Part shown: piece by piece, positions 34,143 through 61,610 of the stretch
How positions within the stretch are numbered: the stretch's first letter is position 1
Layout: every line of letters begins with the position of its first letter
Assembly: GCA_051362555.1 (NCBI GenBank)
Contig: CM120647.1
Location: 12,252,651 to 12,316,650, forward strand
From: Lingula anatina
Lineage: Eukaryota; Animalia; Brachiopoda
Reading direction: 5' to 3'
DNA length: 64,000 nucleotides
Notes under the pieces: generated by a model
Database searches by the model: none
What the model saw: the letters and a program-made list of their open reading frames with translations, nothing else
Told to the model about the DNA's origin: nothing
Position numbers and translations under genes: made by a program

Positions 34143-34586
34143 TTTTTACCTCTGTTTGTCTGTTTGTTTGTTTGTTTGTTTGTTTGTCATCAACATAACT
34201 CAAAAAAATATTAACCCCGCCAAGGAGGCTATGTTTTCACACCTGTTTGTCTGTTTGTTTGTTTGTTTGTTTGTTTGTTTGTTTGTTTGTCATCAACATA
34301 ACTCAAAAAGTTATAACCTCCGCCAAGGGGGGGGGGGGGTTGTTTTCACTTTGTTTGTCTGTTTGTTTGTTTGTTTGTTTGTTTGTTTGTTTGTTTGATT
34401 GTCATCAACATAACTCAAAAAGTTATGGATCGATTTTGATGAAATTTACAGGAACTGCCCGAAGTGGGCCAAGAAGAGATGATTAGCTTTAGGTGGTGAA
34501 CCGGATCAATAATCAATCAATAATCTATTATAATAAAAAAAACGCTGCCTTGGCGGAGGTGTGCGCTCCCGGAGTGCTTTTCTAGT
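34143..34586 (+). mobile_element. HINE with a triplicated 5' head
   Basis: Three successive ACCTC(CGCCAAG)-(GTTT)n-CAACATAACTCAAAAA heads precede a single body and the 3' end CTTGGCGGAGGTGTGCGCTCCCGGAGTGCTTTTCTAGT. Same family as 19706-20118. Confidence 0.8.
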
Positions 34587-35117
34587 TCCAAATGAAACTG
34601 ACGTTCTACGTAGATCGATCCAACTCCGCAGGCATTCTCGTGAATATTAACACTTTCCCTCCTGGCGTTGAGTGAAATTAAGTAATGCTGGTTATTAAGC
34701 GAGTACGTTGGAAACAAGACGAGGCGTTCTAATCTGATTGTATTCAGCGAGAGACCCCGCGGAGTTGAATCGAACTACGTAGAACGACAGTCTCATTGGA
34801 ATTGAGTCCACCAAGACCAGGTTGCTATACATACCAGTAGCAAGTTTACAAGTTGCACCGTCGAAGAAGCAGGTAAGAAGGCGTGGGATATTCCTGTAAA
34901 GAAAAATCGACTCTTGAATGTGCGTATAACTATTCAAGTAACGCTTGTAAAGACTGTTGCTAGAGATGATTGCAGTATATACTATAGATGTTCACTAGTT
35001 TGTTGTGTTTGATGAGAACTCCAGAGATCATAGAAGAGCAGAATAAAATATATTGCTTACTACATATAGTCTTGTTATTTGATGGCAGAATCCAAGAACA
35101 TCCTTAAAACATCACAT

Positions 35118-37530
35118 TGGCAACGAGAAATTATGAACGAGGAAGAACCCCAAGCAGTGGATTAGACTCATATACCAGTTTTTCCACCATTCTACATCAG
35201 AAAGGAGCCTAATGCTGTTTTTAAAAGATGGGGGAAGAGGAAGGAAAGGTTTGAAAATCTAATGGTTGCATTGAACATCAAAAACTCACAACAAAAGAGG
35301 GCCATACTTTCACATTTCGCTAACGAACAATTTTTGGATGTTTTATAGAATCTGTCACACATAAGGGCATCATATAAGGTTGTTGTATCTGATTTTGGAC
35401 AGTACGTAAGACCCCATTATAATCCTGAATTTGAATTTGAATTTGAATTTTCCAAAACACTTAACAAGAAGCACTAAATAAGCACTAACAAGAAGGTAGT
35501 GAAATAATTGATGCGTTCCATATCAGGTTAAGACAACTAGGGGTCAACTGTGGTTTTGAGAACTTGGACAGATATATTAAGTCGCAAATTATTCAGGGAT
35601 GTGTATCTCATAAGTTGAGAAGAAAAGCTCTAAGTGAGCAGACTCTCACACTGAATTACTTGCCAACACATGCAACAGCCTAAACACTATCAAAGCACAG
35701 GTCCAGTCCAACCACAGTGTATAACGTGAAAAAGTCAGCCCAAGCATTACCCAAACAACAAAAGCCAAGACATAACAAATCCAAAACGCAGCCAAAACAT
35801 GGTTCCAGAGAATGTCGGTTCTGCACTGGAGAGTACCCACACAACGGAGTTTGTCCTGCCAAGGGGAATATCTGCAGAAAGTGTAACAAGTTGAACCATT
35901 TCCCAATCAAGTGCAGAAGCAAAGTAGCCAAAACAAAACCTGTTCATGCTTCTATCAGTACTGTAAATGATAATGAATGTAAAAAGTTTATTCTTACTTT
36001 ACAGGTTAACACACAGTCTGTTGACTTTGAGCTAGACACTGGTGCCTCTGTCATGTTGATTGGTCACGATTTCTATGAATCAAAGTTAAAAAGTTACCCT
36101 TTACAGTCAATACGATTGCACCACACATCTTATTGCAGCAATCCTTTTAGTAAATTGCGGGAAATTACAGTCGCAGTGCGTTACAATGACCAGTCTGTAG
36201 ACCTACCATTAGCAGTGGTGAAGGGATATAAGCCTGCAACTGTTGGGGCAAAATTAGTTAGAGAAAATATTGGATTGGTCAAACATCTTTTCTGTACGGA
36301 GTAACCCAAAGTTATAGCCACTTCTGCCTCAATGCAAAGTTGTATTTGCTTCAATTCAAGGATCAATCAAAGGTTTGAAGCAGATGTTTACATTCCTTTA
36401 GGTACAAACCCCCATATTCAAGAAAGCTTATTATGTAGCCTACCCACTTCAAGATAAGGTGGGATCTCAGCTGTTGGATGTAGTTGAGGAGGGTCATTAT
36501 ACCAAATGAAAAAGTATTAAATGGGAGAGTCCACAAGTCACTGTTATAAAACCATCAGGGGTGGTGACGTTGTGTGGTGATTATAAGATCACTGTGAATA
36601 CAGCACTTGATAAAGATCGAACCATATCCACTCCCAACTTTTCAGTCCATGCTTGCTAAACATGCAAAAGGAAAATTCAGATCTAAGATAGATTGCGCCA
36701 AGCAATTCCCAGTTGAAACTTAGGCTCTATTCCCATAGATTTTAGATCGATCTATCCCCGCGGGGAGTCTCACTAGATTACTTTCAGCTAATCCGACTTA
36801 AATGTCCGTCCCGCCTACTACAAGCTGTAAGTGGGTAATTAACTTTCTTGTCCGCCCGGCTGATAGCTATTTAGCGTGAACCCCCAGGGAGTTAGGTCGA
36901 TCTAAAGTAGGTCAATCTAATCTATGGAAATGGGGTGTTAGTGAGAAATCAAAACAGTATCTCATGATTAACCCTTTGATTGGGTTGTTACGCCCAGGAC
37001 GAATGGCGTATAGTATTACGACTGCTCAGCAGCAGTTCCAACTTGTTATGGATCAAGTTTTTGATGGTATGGAGGAGGCTGCTTGTTCAATTGATGATAT
37101 ACTCGTCACCACTGATACTGTGGAAGAACATTACATTGCACTACAACGTGTGCTGCAGAGACTTCGTCAGTTCAATATTCGTGCACGTTTGTCAAAGTGT
37201 AGTTTCATTTAAGAAAGCATTGATATTCTTGGTCATATCTGTCAAATCTAAAGCTAGCAGTACATATCTGATGTAATTCCAATTGTGCTGAGGAAAATCC
37301 TGTTGTTGTTTAACAACCAGTTCGTAGATATCCTCAAAGGGAGTGCAAAACACCAGAGAGACCAACTTATACTTGACTGGAAAATATTGCTGTAATTGAG
37401 CATTCTCCAGGAACATTTCCTTACATGTAAGTTGATCAAGGACTGTTAAAGGACTGATAACTGTTTAGACTCTGAAGTGATTATTTAGAGTGCTTCAGAG
37501 TATTTGTAATATTTTAGTTTATTCTATTTT
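35118..37530 (+). mobile_element. Decayed Ty3/Gypsy LTR retrotransposon (gag-protease-RT), copy A; probable 5' LTR upstream, ending ~35116
   Basis: PBS-like TGGCAACGAG after ..CACAT; gag N-terminus FPPF..RFENL..QKRAIL; twin zinc knuckle CRFCTGEYPH..CRKCNKLNH; protease FELDTGAS; RT CGDYK, AQQQFQ and IDDILV. Many stops and frameshifts. Confidence 0.9.
36723..36937. mobile_element. 215-bp Harbinger-type MITE inserted in the Gypsy RT
   Basis: TTA duplication. The paralogous Gypsy copy has the empty site gaaacTTAgtga at ~63190. Confidence 0.85.
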
Positions 37531-39606
37531 GATAGATGGTCATCGTCCAGTGCCATGGTGAAGATGGTCATCGCTCAGTGTTGTGCGTGAAGGTGGTCAT
37601 CGTCCAGTGCTGTGGGTGTAGACGGTTATCGTTCATTGCTTTTGGAGATGATGGTCATCATCCACGTCTGTTGGAGATAATGTTTGATCAATGCTGTAGT
37701 ACGAAATGCTCAAAGCTAATTTTTATTGATTTCATTCTATAACTATAAAAATAATATAAAAATGTGCATTGGTAGTTTTGTTTTTTCACACAAGTTGCAA
37801 CACTGAATCACTTTCCCTTAGGATAATGGTTGCGTGCACGTGTTTGTATGTGTTTGTGGGAACAGAGCGCTCACAAAAAATTACTAATGTAATAGTTGAT
37901 GGCTGGGACTGGTGGTCAAAGCCTATTGTAATGTTTTTTTTTTTTTTTTTTTTTTTTTTTGGTAAATATGTCTTGTTCATTTTTGTATAAATATATAAGA
38001 ATGGGAATGTCAGGACGCCATCCTTAATTTTGGGGGGCATATGTAACCGGTTGACAAGAAGTTACATATTCTGTCACGTGGTTCAGGTGAGCAAGAGATA
38101 TGAATTCCCTACGACAGGTCATTCTAAGTCATTCTTTGGTCATTCATCACTATAAAGATGTATAACGTATGTGTAAATGTACTTCTTCTGTGAGAATAAA
38201 GAAGCTGGTGTTCGATTAACAGTAAAGTCTACGTATCATTCTATTCTCGGCTACATTGTGATTTAGTTTGGTTTAACCTACCACATGAATACCCGCCATC
38301 AATATGAATCAGTGCAATAAAACTACGTAGCATAACTTATCTATATTCTCATTTACTCTTCAAATATTGGACACCTCTGCTTTTCTGGCTAAATAAAAAC
38401 TGCAAGGTTTCTCAGGATTTTTGAACTGGCTGTCGGTGAAGATGGGCATTGTCCAGTGCTGTGGTCAAAAGTGGTCATCTCCCAGTGTTGTGGGTGAGGA
38501 TGGGCATTGTCCAGTGCTGCGGGCAAAGATAGACATCGTCCGGTGGTGTGGGTGAAGATGTTTGGTCAGAGCTGTAGAACGAAATGATCAAAGGAATTTT
38601 TTTATTGTTTTCATTCTATAGCAATAAAAATAATATAAAAATGTGCATTAGGAGTTTTGATTTTCATGAAAGTTGTCGTACTCAATTTCTTTCCCTTAGG
38701 ATAAAGGTTGCGTGCACGTGTTTGTATGTGTTTATGGGAACAGAGCGCCCACAAAAAATCATAATGTAACAGTTGATGGCTGAGGCTGATGGTCGAAGCC
38801 TATTGAAACATTTTAATAAATATGTATTTAAATTTTCGTATAAATATTTAAGAATGAGAATGTCGGGAGGCCATCCGAATTTTTGGGGCATAAATAACCG
38901 GTTGACACGATGTTACATTTCTGTTACGTGGGTCAAGTGAGCGGGAGATATAAATTTCCCGCGACAGGTCATTCTAAGTCATTCTTCAGTCATTCATCAC
39001 TGAACAGATGTATAACGTATGTGTAAATGTACTTCTTCAATGAGAATAAAGAAGCTGGTGTTCGATTAACAGTAAAGTCTACGTGTCATTCTATCCTCGG
39101 CTACATTGTGATTTAGTTTGGTTTAACCTACGACATGAATACCCTTCTTTTATCAGTATGAATCATTTAGTTGCAATAAAACTACGTAGAACAATTTATC
39201 TATATTCTCATTTACTTTTCAATTAGTGGATCCCTCTGTTTTCTGGCTAAATAAAAACTGCAAGGTTTCTCTGGATTTTTGAACTGTTTCTAAATGAAAG
39301 AATGCATGCCAGGTGATTATAAACTCTTGAAAATCAATATAGTGGTTCTAGAGGACGGTGCATGGTCAGGCATTGTCAATTAATCCAAAAAAAGTATCAA
39401 AGTAACAGCAGATTTTGTTGAGACTGCTATGAGAATGCATAGTTTACATGACATTGACAGTATTTCATCACTAATTGTCGATAATGTTGTGAATAGCTTG
39501 TTATTCACTTGTAAAGATAACCTGCATTAGTACATGTGTAACATACACCAGTGAATTATATTGCACTGTGATATAACTCCCCTGCGTACATGTAGCACTG
39601 TATATA

Positions 39607-39863
39607 CAGAGGCGGATCCAGGATTATTTGAAGGGGGGGTACATAGCGACAGGCCTCGGATGCGAAGCCGACCATCGCCCCTTTGGCGTGGGGTTCTGGG
39701 CCTGCTATTGAGCCTCAAAATATTTTTGCCGTTTTAGAAAACAAACGGTGCCCACTATGATTCAGCTAGTCAAAATTCTAATTTGAAGAGGGAAATGTTG
39801 GTGTGGTATATTTTTCAGAAACCGCAGGGGGGGGGGGGGTCAGGACCCCTAAATCTGCCACTG
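39607..39863. mobile_element. CAG...CTG MITE
   Basis: CAGAGGCGGATCCAGG / CCTAAATCTGCCACTG ends with atata on both flanks. Confidence 0.7.
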
Positions 39864-39984
39864 ATATACATATACATATATGAATGTATATCCTTATATA
39901 TTGTGTAAATATTGTGTAAATATTGTTGTCTAGTGAGCCTTCAAGTTTACCCTCATATCATTTAGTTTCCCATAATCTAATTAT

Positions 39985-41402
39985 GAAATAAACATGTTTA
40001 TAAGGGCTAAGTGCACGTGGCGCATATTTATCAAACATGAGATTGGGGTAGGTCAGAAGAGAAGCGCAAAAATAACAAAGTGAAAATCAGTGTCCCGAAT
40101 CCAATAAAGATGAAACAATTGAAGGTTTCCATACAGTTTGAAGGGAAGTTAATTTTGAATGTGTCTCCAGTTCTCAAGTTCGCATATGCGCACTTACTGC
40201 CTGAATAATTATCCCCAAGCACTGCATATCATGATGTATGGCACCTCCAATGATAATGAGATTTTGTTTAATGTATAATTTCAATGTTACAGACATAAAA
40301 CTCAGACTAATGCTGTGGTGACTCGTCCCAGCACTGCGTATTGATTTCATTCTACCTTTCTGTCAGTTCATGTTATTTTATAGAGTTTATCCATGTTAGT
40401 CGTGCCACCACAGTAAAGCAAGAGGGTTATTCTATAGATTTAACTCCTCTTAGAGTGTGTGTCCCGTCTCCATTATTCCCACCGCTACTGATTGTCGACT
40501 ACAAGAAATAGGTCACACATTGACATTCCAGTATGTAGTAACAACGAGTTTGCCCCAAGCTGTCTAACTGTGGGATTTGCCAGTGCTTCTGTTTTTATGT
40601 CCTTTTTTTCTGGTTAAATAAAAGCTGATAGAAACTGCAAAATTTATAAAAGCTAAGTATACTTGTCGCATATTTTAGAAAAATGGGACGGGGAAGATCA
40701 AAAGAGATGTAAAAAAATAACATAGGTGAATATCAATGCCTCGATTCCACTAAAGATAAAATAAAAGTGCTGTGGGAGGCGATGGTCATTTGTCAGTGCT
40801 GTTGGAGATGGTGGCCATCGCCCATTGCTTTGGTTGAAGATTATCATCGTCCATTGCTGTGTGTGAAGATGATCATCACCCATTGGTGTGGATGAAGATG
40901 GACATCGTCCAGGGCTATGGGCGAAGATATTCATCGTCCAGTGTTGCGGGTGAAGATGGACATCGTCCAGTGCTTTTGGAGATGATGTTCATTGTCCATT
41001 GCTGTTGGAGAGGATGTTTGGTGTGTTTTTGTTTAATGTACATTTTTGGCAGTCCGTACATGAAATTCAAAACTACTGCAACGGTGGCTCGGCACAGCAC
41101 TGCATATTAATTTTATACTACTTTTCTGTCTAGTCATGTTATTTTTTATGGTTTATCCACATTAATCCTGCCACCTCTTTACGGTTAGAGGGTTACTCTA
41201 GATTTAATTTCTCCTCTTCGAGTGTGTGTTTCCGTCCCCATTCTTCCCACCGCTAATTTTTGTCGACAACAAGAAATAACTCACAAATCGACATTCCAAT
41301 ATGTAGTAAAATGGAGTTTCCCAGAAGTTGTTGTAACTGTGGGATCGGCCACTAATTCAGTTTCTACATCCGTTTTACTCGCTAAATAACTGGAAGGTTT
41401 CT

Positions 41403-41449
<47 letters not shown>

Positions 41450-42575
41450 ACTATTTCAAAAAATGAGATGTGAATAGATCAGGAGAGATGTGAAAAAAAA
41501 ATTGAAAATTAACGTGCCGATTCCAATAAAGATAAAACAATTGCAGGTTTTTATACAGTTTTAAGTGAAGTGAGTTGATGGAATGTGTCTCCATTTCTCA
41601 TGTTCGCATTTGCGCACTTACTGTCTGCATAATTATCCCCCAGTGTACCATGACTCCCCAGTGACTCCCCCAAAATGTGACTCCCCAGTATGATTTTCAT
41701 TATGAAAATGTGACTCCCCAGTCAAATTTTCATAATGAAAATGTGACTCCCCCCATGAAATTTTGACTCCCCCCCACAAAACTTAATAATGTTATTTTAT
41801 TTGAGTATATGACTTTTATCTTGTAGTATGCATAATAGAGAATACATTGGCATTTTTAGTAAGTTTGCAGGTGAAAATTTTAATGAGAAAATAAGAAAAT
41901 TTAAAATGTGTATTCTACCACCCAATGACTCCCCTATGATTGATTGATTGTTACAGACATAAAACTTAAACTACAACTACGTTGGCTCGGCACAGCACTG
42001 CATATTGATTTCACTCTACTTTTCGGTCAGGTCATGTTATATTTTTATGATTTATTCATATACGGTTAGAGGGTTATTCTAGATTTAATTTCTTGTCTCT
42101 TCGAGTGTGTGTTCAAGTCCCCATTCTTCCCACCGCTACACTTTGTTGACAACAAGAAATAACTCACTCATCAACGTTCCAATCTGTACGGTAGTAAAAT
42201 CGAGCTTCCCAGAAGTTGTTGTAACTGTGGGATCTGCCACTAATTCAGTTTCTACATTAGTTTTTTCTTTTTTTTTTTTTTTTTTTCTGGCTAAATAAAA
42301 ACTGAAAGGTTTTCTCTGGATTTTTGGACTATTTCTAAATAAACTTGTTTATAAGGGTTAAGTACACGTGGTGCATATTTATCAACAATGAGACGTGAGT
42401 AGATCAGAATAGATGTAAAAAAGAAATTGAAAATCAAATTGCCGATTCCAATAAATATAAAACATATTTAAAACATATATGTTTGATTGTTACAGACATA
42501 ATTCTCAAACTAATGCTACGGTGGCTCAGCCTAGCACTCCATATTGATTTCACTCTATCTTTCTCTCAGGTCACG
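39985..42575. repeat. Degenerate ~670-bp tandem array upstream of gene copy B, with a (TGACTCCCC)-rich insert at ~41640-41935
   Basis: Same anchors as the unit A array, at ~40096, 40742, 41517 and 42442. Confidence 0.75.
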
Positions 42576-42580
42576 TAAAA

Positions 42581-42690
42581 CCAATGAACTTTTGCTCTTT
42601 CAGTTTTATGGATTTGATTTTGTTTCGCCTTTAGCGTGAGATAATGCTATAAAACAATCAGTAACGCGTACCTGTACCACCTCATGTTAC
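42581..42690 (+). promoter_or_regulatory. Putative core promoter of gene copy B
   Basis: CCAAT at 42581, TATAAAA at 42648-42654 and TCATGTT at ~42682. Conserved with copy A. Confidence 0.5.
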
Positions 42691-42715
42691 GAACATGGGC
42701 GATACAATAGGGAAA

Positions 42716-57619
<14,904 letters not shown>

Positions 57620-57874
57620 TGCCAGTGTAGTGTTGGATTCTATTGGACTGCGACAGACTTAGCAGCTAAAGACGTGTTCCATGGTGTTTTTTTCTCCGGC
57701 AAAATTATTGATCACTCAGAGGCTTGAGTTTAGTGATTTATAAAGGCGAACTATGTTCTGAGAATGGTGTAAATCCAAGACTCATTTAATGATAACTGTT
57801 GTTTGATGTTTTTTCCCCTTCTTCTGCTTAAGGGTATATATAAAAAATAAATTAGAAAACAATTCATTTGCTGC

Positions 57875-58207
57875 TGGGACAATACCCTACAAAACAGAAT
57901 TGTTACCCTTGTTGAAGGCAGCAGCGCCGTCTACTTATGCATATTTCAGAACCCAACTAGATAAGATATCCCTCTTCCTACATGGCCATAAAACACTAAC
58001 ATCTGGACAAAACGACAAGATTTTCGAAATAGTGTCAGATTTCTTAATCAAAAATGTCTGAATCTTCTTCCATTTCTGTTCTGGCGCCTACCACTCTCTC
58101 CTGATGGCCCATTGCCCCCCCCCCCCCCATAATTACCTTTCCCCCATGCCCTGTCCCTCACTCCCCTCTAATGCCATTCATGTCCTCGTCACCGTCTTTT
58201 TCTTGAA

Positions 58208-58252
<45 letters not shown>

Positions 58253-58748
58253 ATTTCAAAGGTGAGCATATAATGTCTAGGCGAATTGCCACCTTTATTT
58301 ATACTGTATCAATATTTAACCCTCTTGAGAATAAAGATGTTAAAAAAAAAAAAAAAGCGCCGTCTACACATGTCAATAGATAATTACAGGGAGCGGTAAA
58401 CACACACTAATAGACACGTGACTTTTAACGAGCACACCCTAATGCTAAATGTGTGTAATTTTGGTGACATTTGGTGGTGTCTTTTCAATTTAATGGGCAT
58501 TTCTTTATCTCTGTAGAAATGACAGTGAAACGTCGTATTAGAGGGGGTACATTTAATAAATGTAAATAAATGGTATTAAATATTGATATCTTCACCGCTA
58601 GTTTGTATTTTCTTTACCACTAATCATGTAAGTTATGGCATCTGGAATGAAAATCACCATCCATAGCAATTTACTCCTGTGATGTGATCATTTATAAATA
58701 AAATCACATGAAACTGGCGGTGGGACAACCTTTTTGACCAATGCTGTA
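57875..58748. mobile_element. Tc1-family remnant forming the 3' flank/UTR of the gene (deleted version in copy A, ~30500-30788)
   Basis: Reverse complement of 23780-24040 sequence, ending GGGACAACCTTTTTGACCAATGCTG-TA in both units. Confidence 0.6.
57935..58355 (+). mobile_element. 5'-truncated CR1-like LINE insertion
   Basis: 12-bp TSD agcgccgtctac (57923-57934, 58356-58367), AATAAA plus a poly(A) tail, and residual LFLHGHKTLTSGQNDKIFEIVSDFL typical of ORF2 C-termini. Confidence 0.8.
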
Positions 58749-59134
58749 TAATATCAACACACTTTCCGGTAATAGCAAAAACTGAGGCTGCTTTCCAGTT
58801 TGGTTCATTAATAAGGATATTGCTTGATAATCAGCCAGAATCTGCTACCTCCTACTGCTGGAGTGATCCCTGTGAATCGGGGAGTAACACCAACACTTCA
58901 CCAGAAATTGGAAATGGCCGCATGCCTGCTATACATACAAAATAAGATTTCATACACATTACCTCACATATGTTGGGCGCCAATACACCCAATAACTGAT
59001 CGCCAATCGTATAACATTTGCAGGAACCGTTATATACATCGTTGTGATAACCACATTAGGGCATTACGGAGTCCTGAGGGGGGCATTTGACACGTTAACG
59101 CCCTCCTTAGATCCCATTATTTGTATACTGTATA

Positions 59135-59442
59135 CAGGGCCGTAGCCTCCGGGGGGCAGGGGGGCAGTTGCCCCCCCCACCCCCCCCACCCCCCAACCCC
59201 CACTCCACCCCACCCCCGGGATTTGAGGTGCAAAAAAAATAATCGCAATTTCTGACTTCTGATTGAGCAATAAATAACAGTAAAAATTCACCAGAATGCA
59301 GTATTATACATACAGTTTTTAAAAATTTTCCACACCGTGGGTTGGGGACACCCCCTCCCACACCCTTCCCCCTCGGGGGCTTCGCCCCCTCGTGGCCGCT
59401 TACTGCCTCCCCCCCTGGCATTTTGCTCAGGCTACGGCCCTG
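59135..59442. mobile_element. CAG...CTG MITE
   Basis: CAGGGCCGTAGCCT / AGGCTACGGCCCTG TIRs with flanks ctgtata / atgtata. Absent from unit A. Confidence 0.8.
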
Positions 59443-61610
59443 ATGTATATAGTACCTCTTTCATTTTAATGATAAATTAAAGTGACTTTATAGTCTTTTA
59501 ACTTTGATAAAACGAGATCAGGCGATTTTGCAACTCGTGTCCACTCTTTACGATAAGAAAAAACAAATATTTTTTATCAGTCATTTAACATATGAAAGTT
59601 ACAATATCAAAAATCCGTTATCCCGCAAAAACGCCGCTGTGTTAAAGAAACTTTTAAAAAAGTAAGAGTCTGAAGAGTTATATACGTTTGAAATTTTGTA
59701 TTTATCTGTCTCAGACTATGTCCGTTCTATCTTGGTCTCGGCGACCTGAATATAGCGTAATATATACAGTAAGTGGGTCAAAATCTGGGGCGAGTATACA
59801 GGGGGGTATACTTTATTACACACATGAACATGTCTGAAAAGAAAAAATAAATAGATAAAAAAATTATAACATAAACATATTGAGTTTTCTTTGTCATACG
59901 TACTAGTTCCAGTGAATTAACGAGATTTCATGAAATCATACAGGCAAACATGGACAAAATTTGTGGATCTGGTTATCATTCCACTCATTCCACTCTGCTC
60001 TTTGAGCAACTTCATTTTCTAATTAATTACATTCTGCAGGAAGAACTCTGAGTGATCTATGCAGCTAGTACAAAAAAATCATTCTATAAAATTTCTTTGA
60101 GATAAACAATAAGAAGATATATATTATTAAGTTGATGAATTAAGAGGAGTCTACAGTCATTAAATTTGCGACAGGAACACATTAAATTTACAATACAAAT
60201 GTCTCTTCACATGGGAGTTACGTAATACTCATGTGCACAATCACTTGTTAAAAGCTTAAATTAACTTACAAACTAACTTAAATTGTCATATCAGATAAAC
60301 AGCTTTAAATTAACTTGCAAATTATAAACTTGATATTTAATCAATTAATTTTATACCTACACGACGTTGTGAATTCTACGATGCGTGCTACCATCTCGGT
60401 TCTTTTTCTCTTTAACGTGAATTATTGTGTTAGCTGAGATGCACTGGTGGCGAATTCTAGCTGCAACAGAGGGATTCTCTGTCACGCTACACCGGCCTTT
60501 GCAAAGTAGACTCAGCCGGTGACAGTAAAGTAAAAAGTAAACCACCTGGTTCTTATACATGTATACCACACGCATTACATTTAGTTTACGTACTTTTTGG
60601 CCAATCCCGCTTAACAGAAAGCCGCTTCATTCCCTAAGCATCTCTCGCCTCCACACGCGCCATTAAAAGGGTTAAATCTCAGCTTCTAGCTATAACTGCA
60701 AGGCCCATCCAGCGACTGCGCGTGTGGAGGCGGGGAGACCATCAGGGAATCAGTCGGTATTGCTCGGTAGTGCATCGGCCATATTTGATCAGCGGATCTC
60801 CTAGTCCGAGGATCGTCTGTTCTGAATGCGTTCTTTCATTGGCAGGCCACGTGGTCTCTACTGCTTTGATGTTTCAAGAAAATGGACAGAATGTACCTCT
60901 TCTGAAGAGCTGCTTTATCTCCGGCTGGGGTCAAACTCACGAGGCAGACACTGTTACCCCGAGACCTCACGGTTACCCTTTGACACGCCGGGTGTGTGCA
61001 GGTGGGTTGGTACATAAAAAAAAAACTGATTCCAAGTGAAATTATCGTTCTACGCACATGTGAATCTAACTCTGCAGGCATTCCCGTTGAGTTCAATTAC
61101 CAGATCACGTTTAACAGATGAACACGCGTCCTTCTGGCGTTGAGTGAATACAGTAATGCTGGCTACCAAACGAGTACGTTGGAAACAATAGGATGTGCTC
61201 TAATCTGATTGCATTCAGCGAGAGTCCCAGCAGAGTTGAATCGATCTACGTAGAACGATAGTCTCATTGGAAATGTGTCCGCCAGGATAAGGTTGCAATA
61301 TATACCAATGGCCAAGTCATTTTACAAGTTGCATCGTTAAAGAAGCAGGTAAGAAGACGTGAGATATACCTGTAAAGAAAAATGTTGACAAAAGTATCAA
61401 AGTATTCGACTCTGTGTTTAGCTATCCAAGTAACGCTTGTAATGACTGTTGTTAGAGATTATTGCAGTAAATACTATAGATGTTCACTAGTCTGTTGTGT
61501 TAGATGAGATCTCCAGAGATCATAGGAGAGCAGAATGAAGTATATTGCTTACTACATATGGACTTGTTATTTGATGGCGGAATCCAAGAACATCCTGAAA
61601 AACATCACAT

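Noticed and set aside
35717-37212. Gypsy gag/protease/RT ORFs as a domesticated gene
   Set aside because: Both copies contain multiple stops and frameshifts, and copy A has a MITE inserted in the RT.
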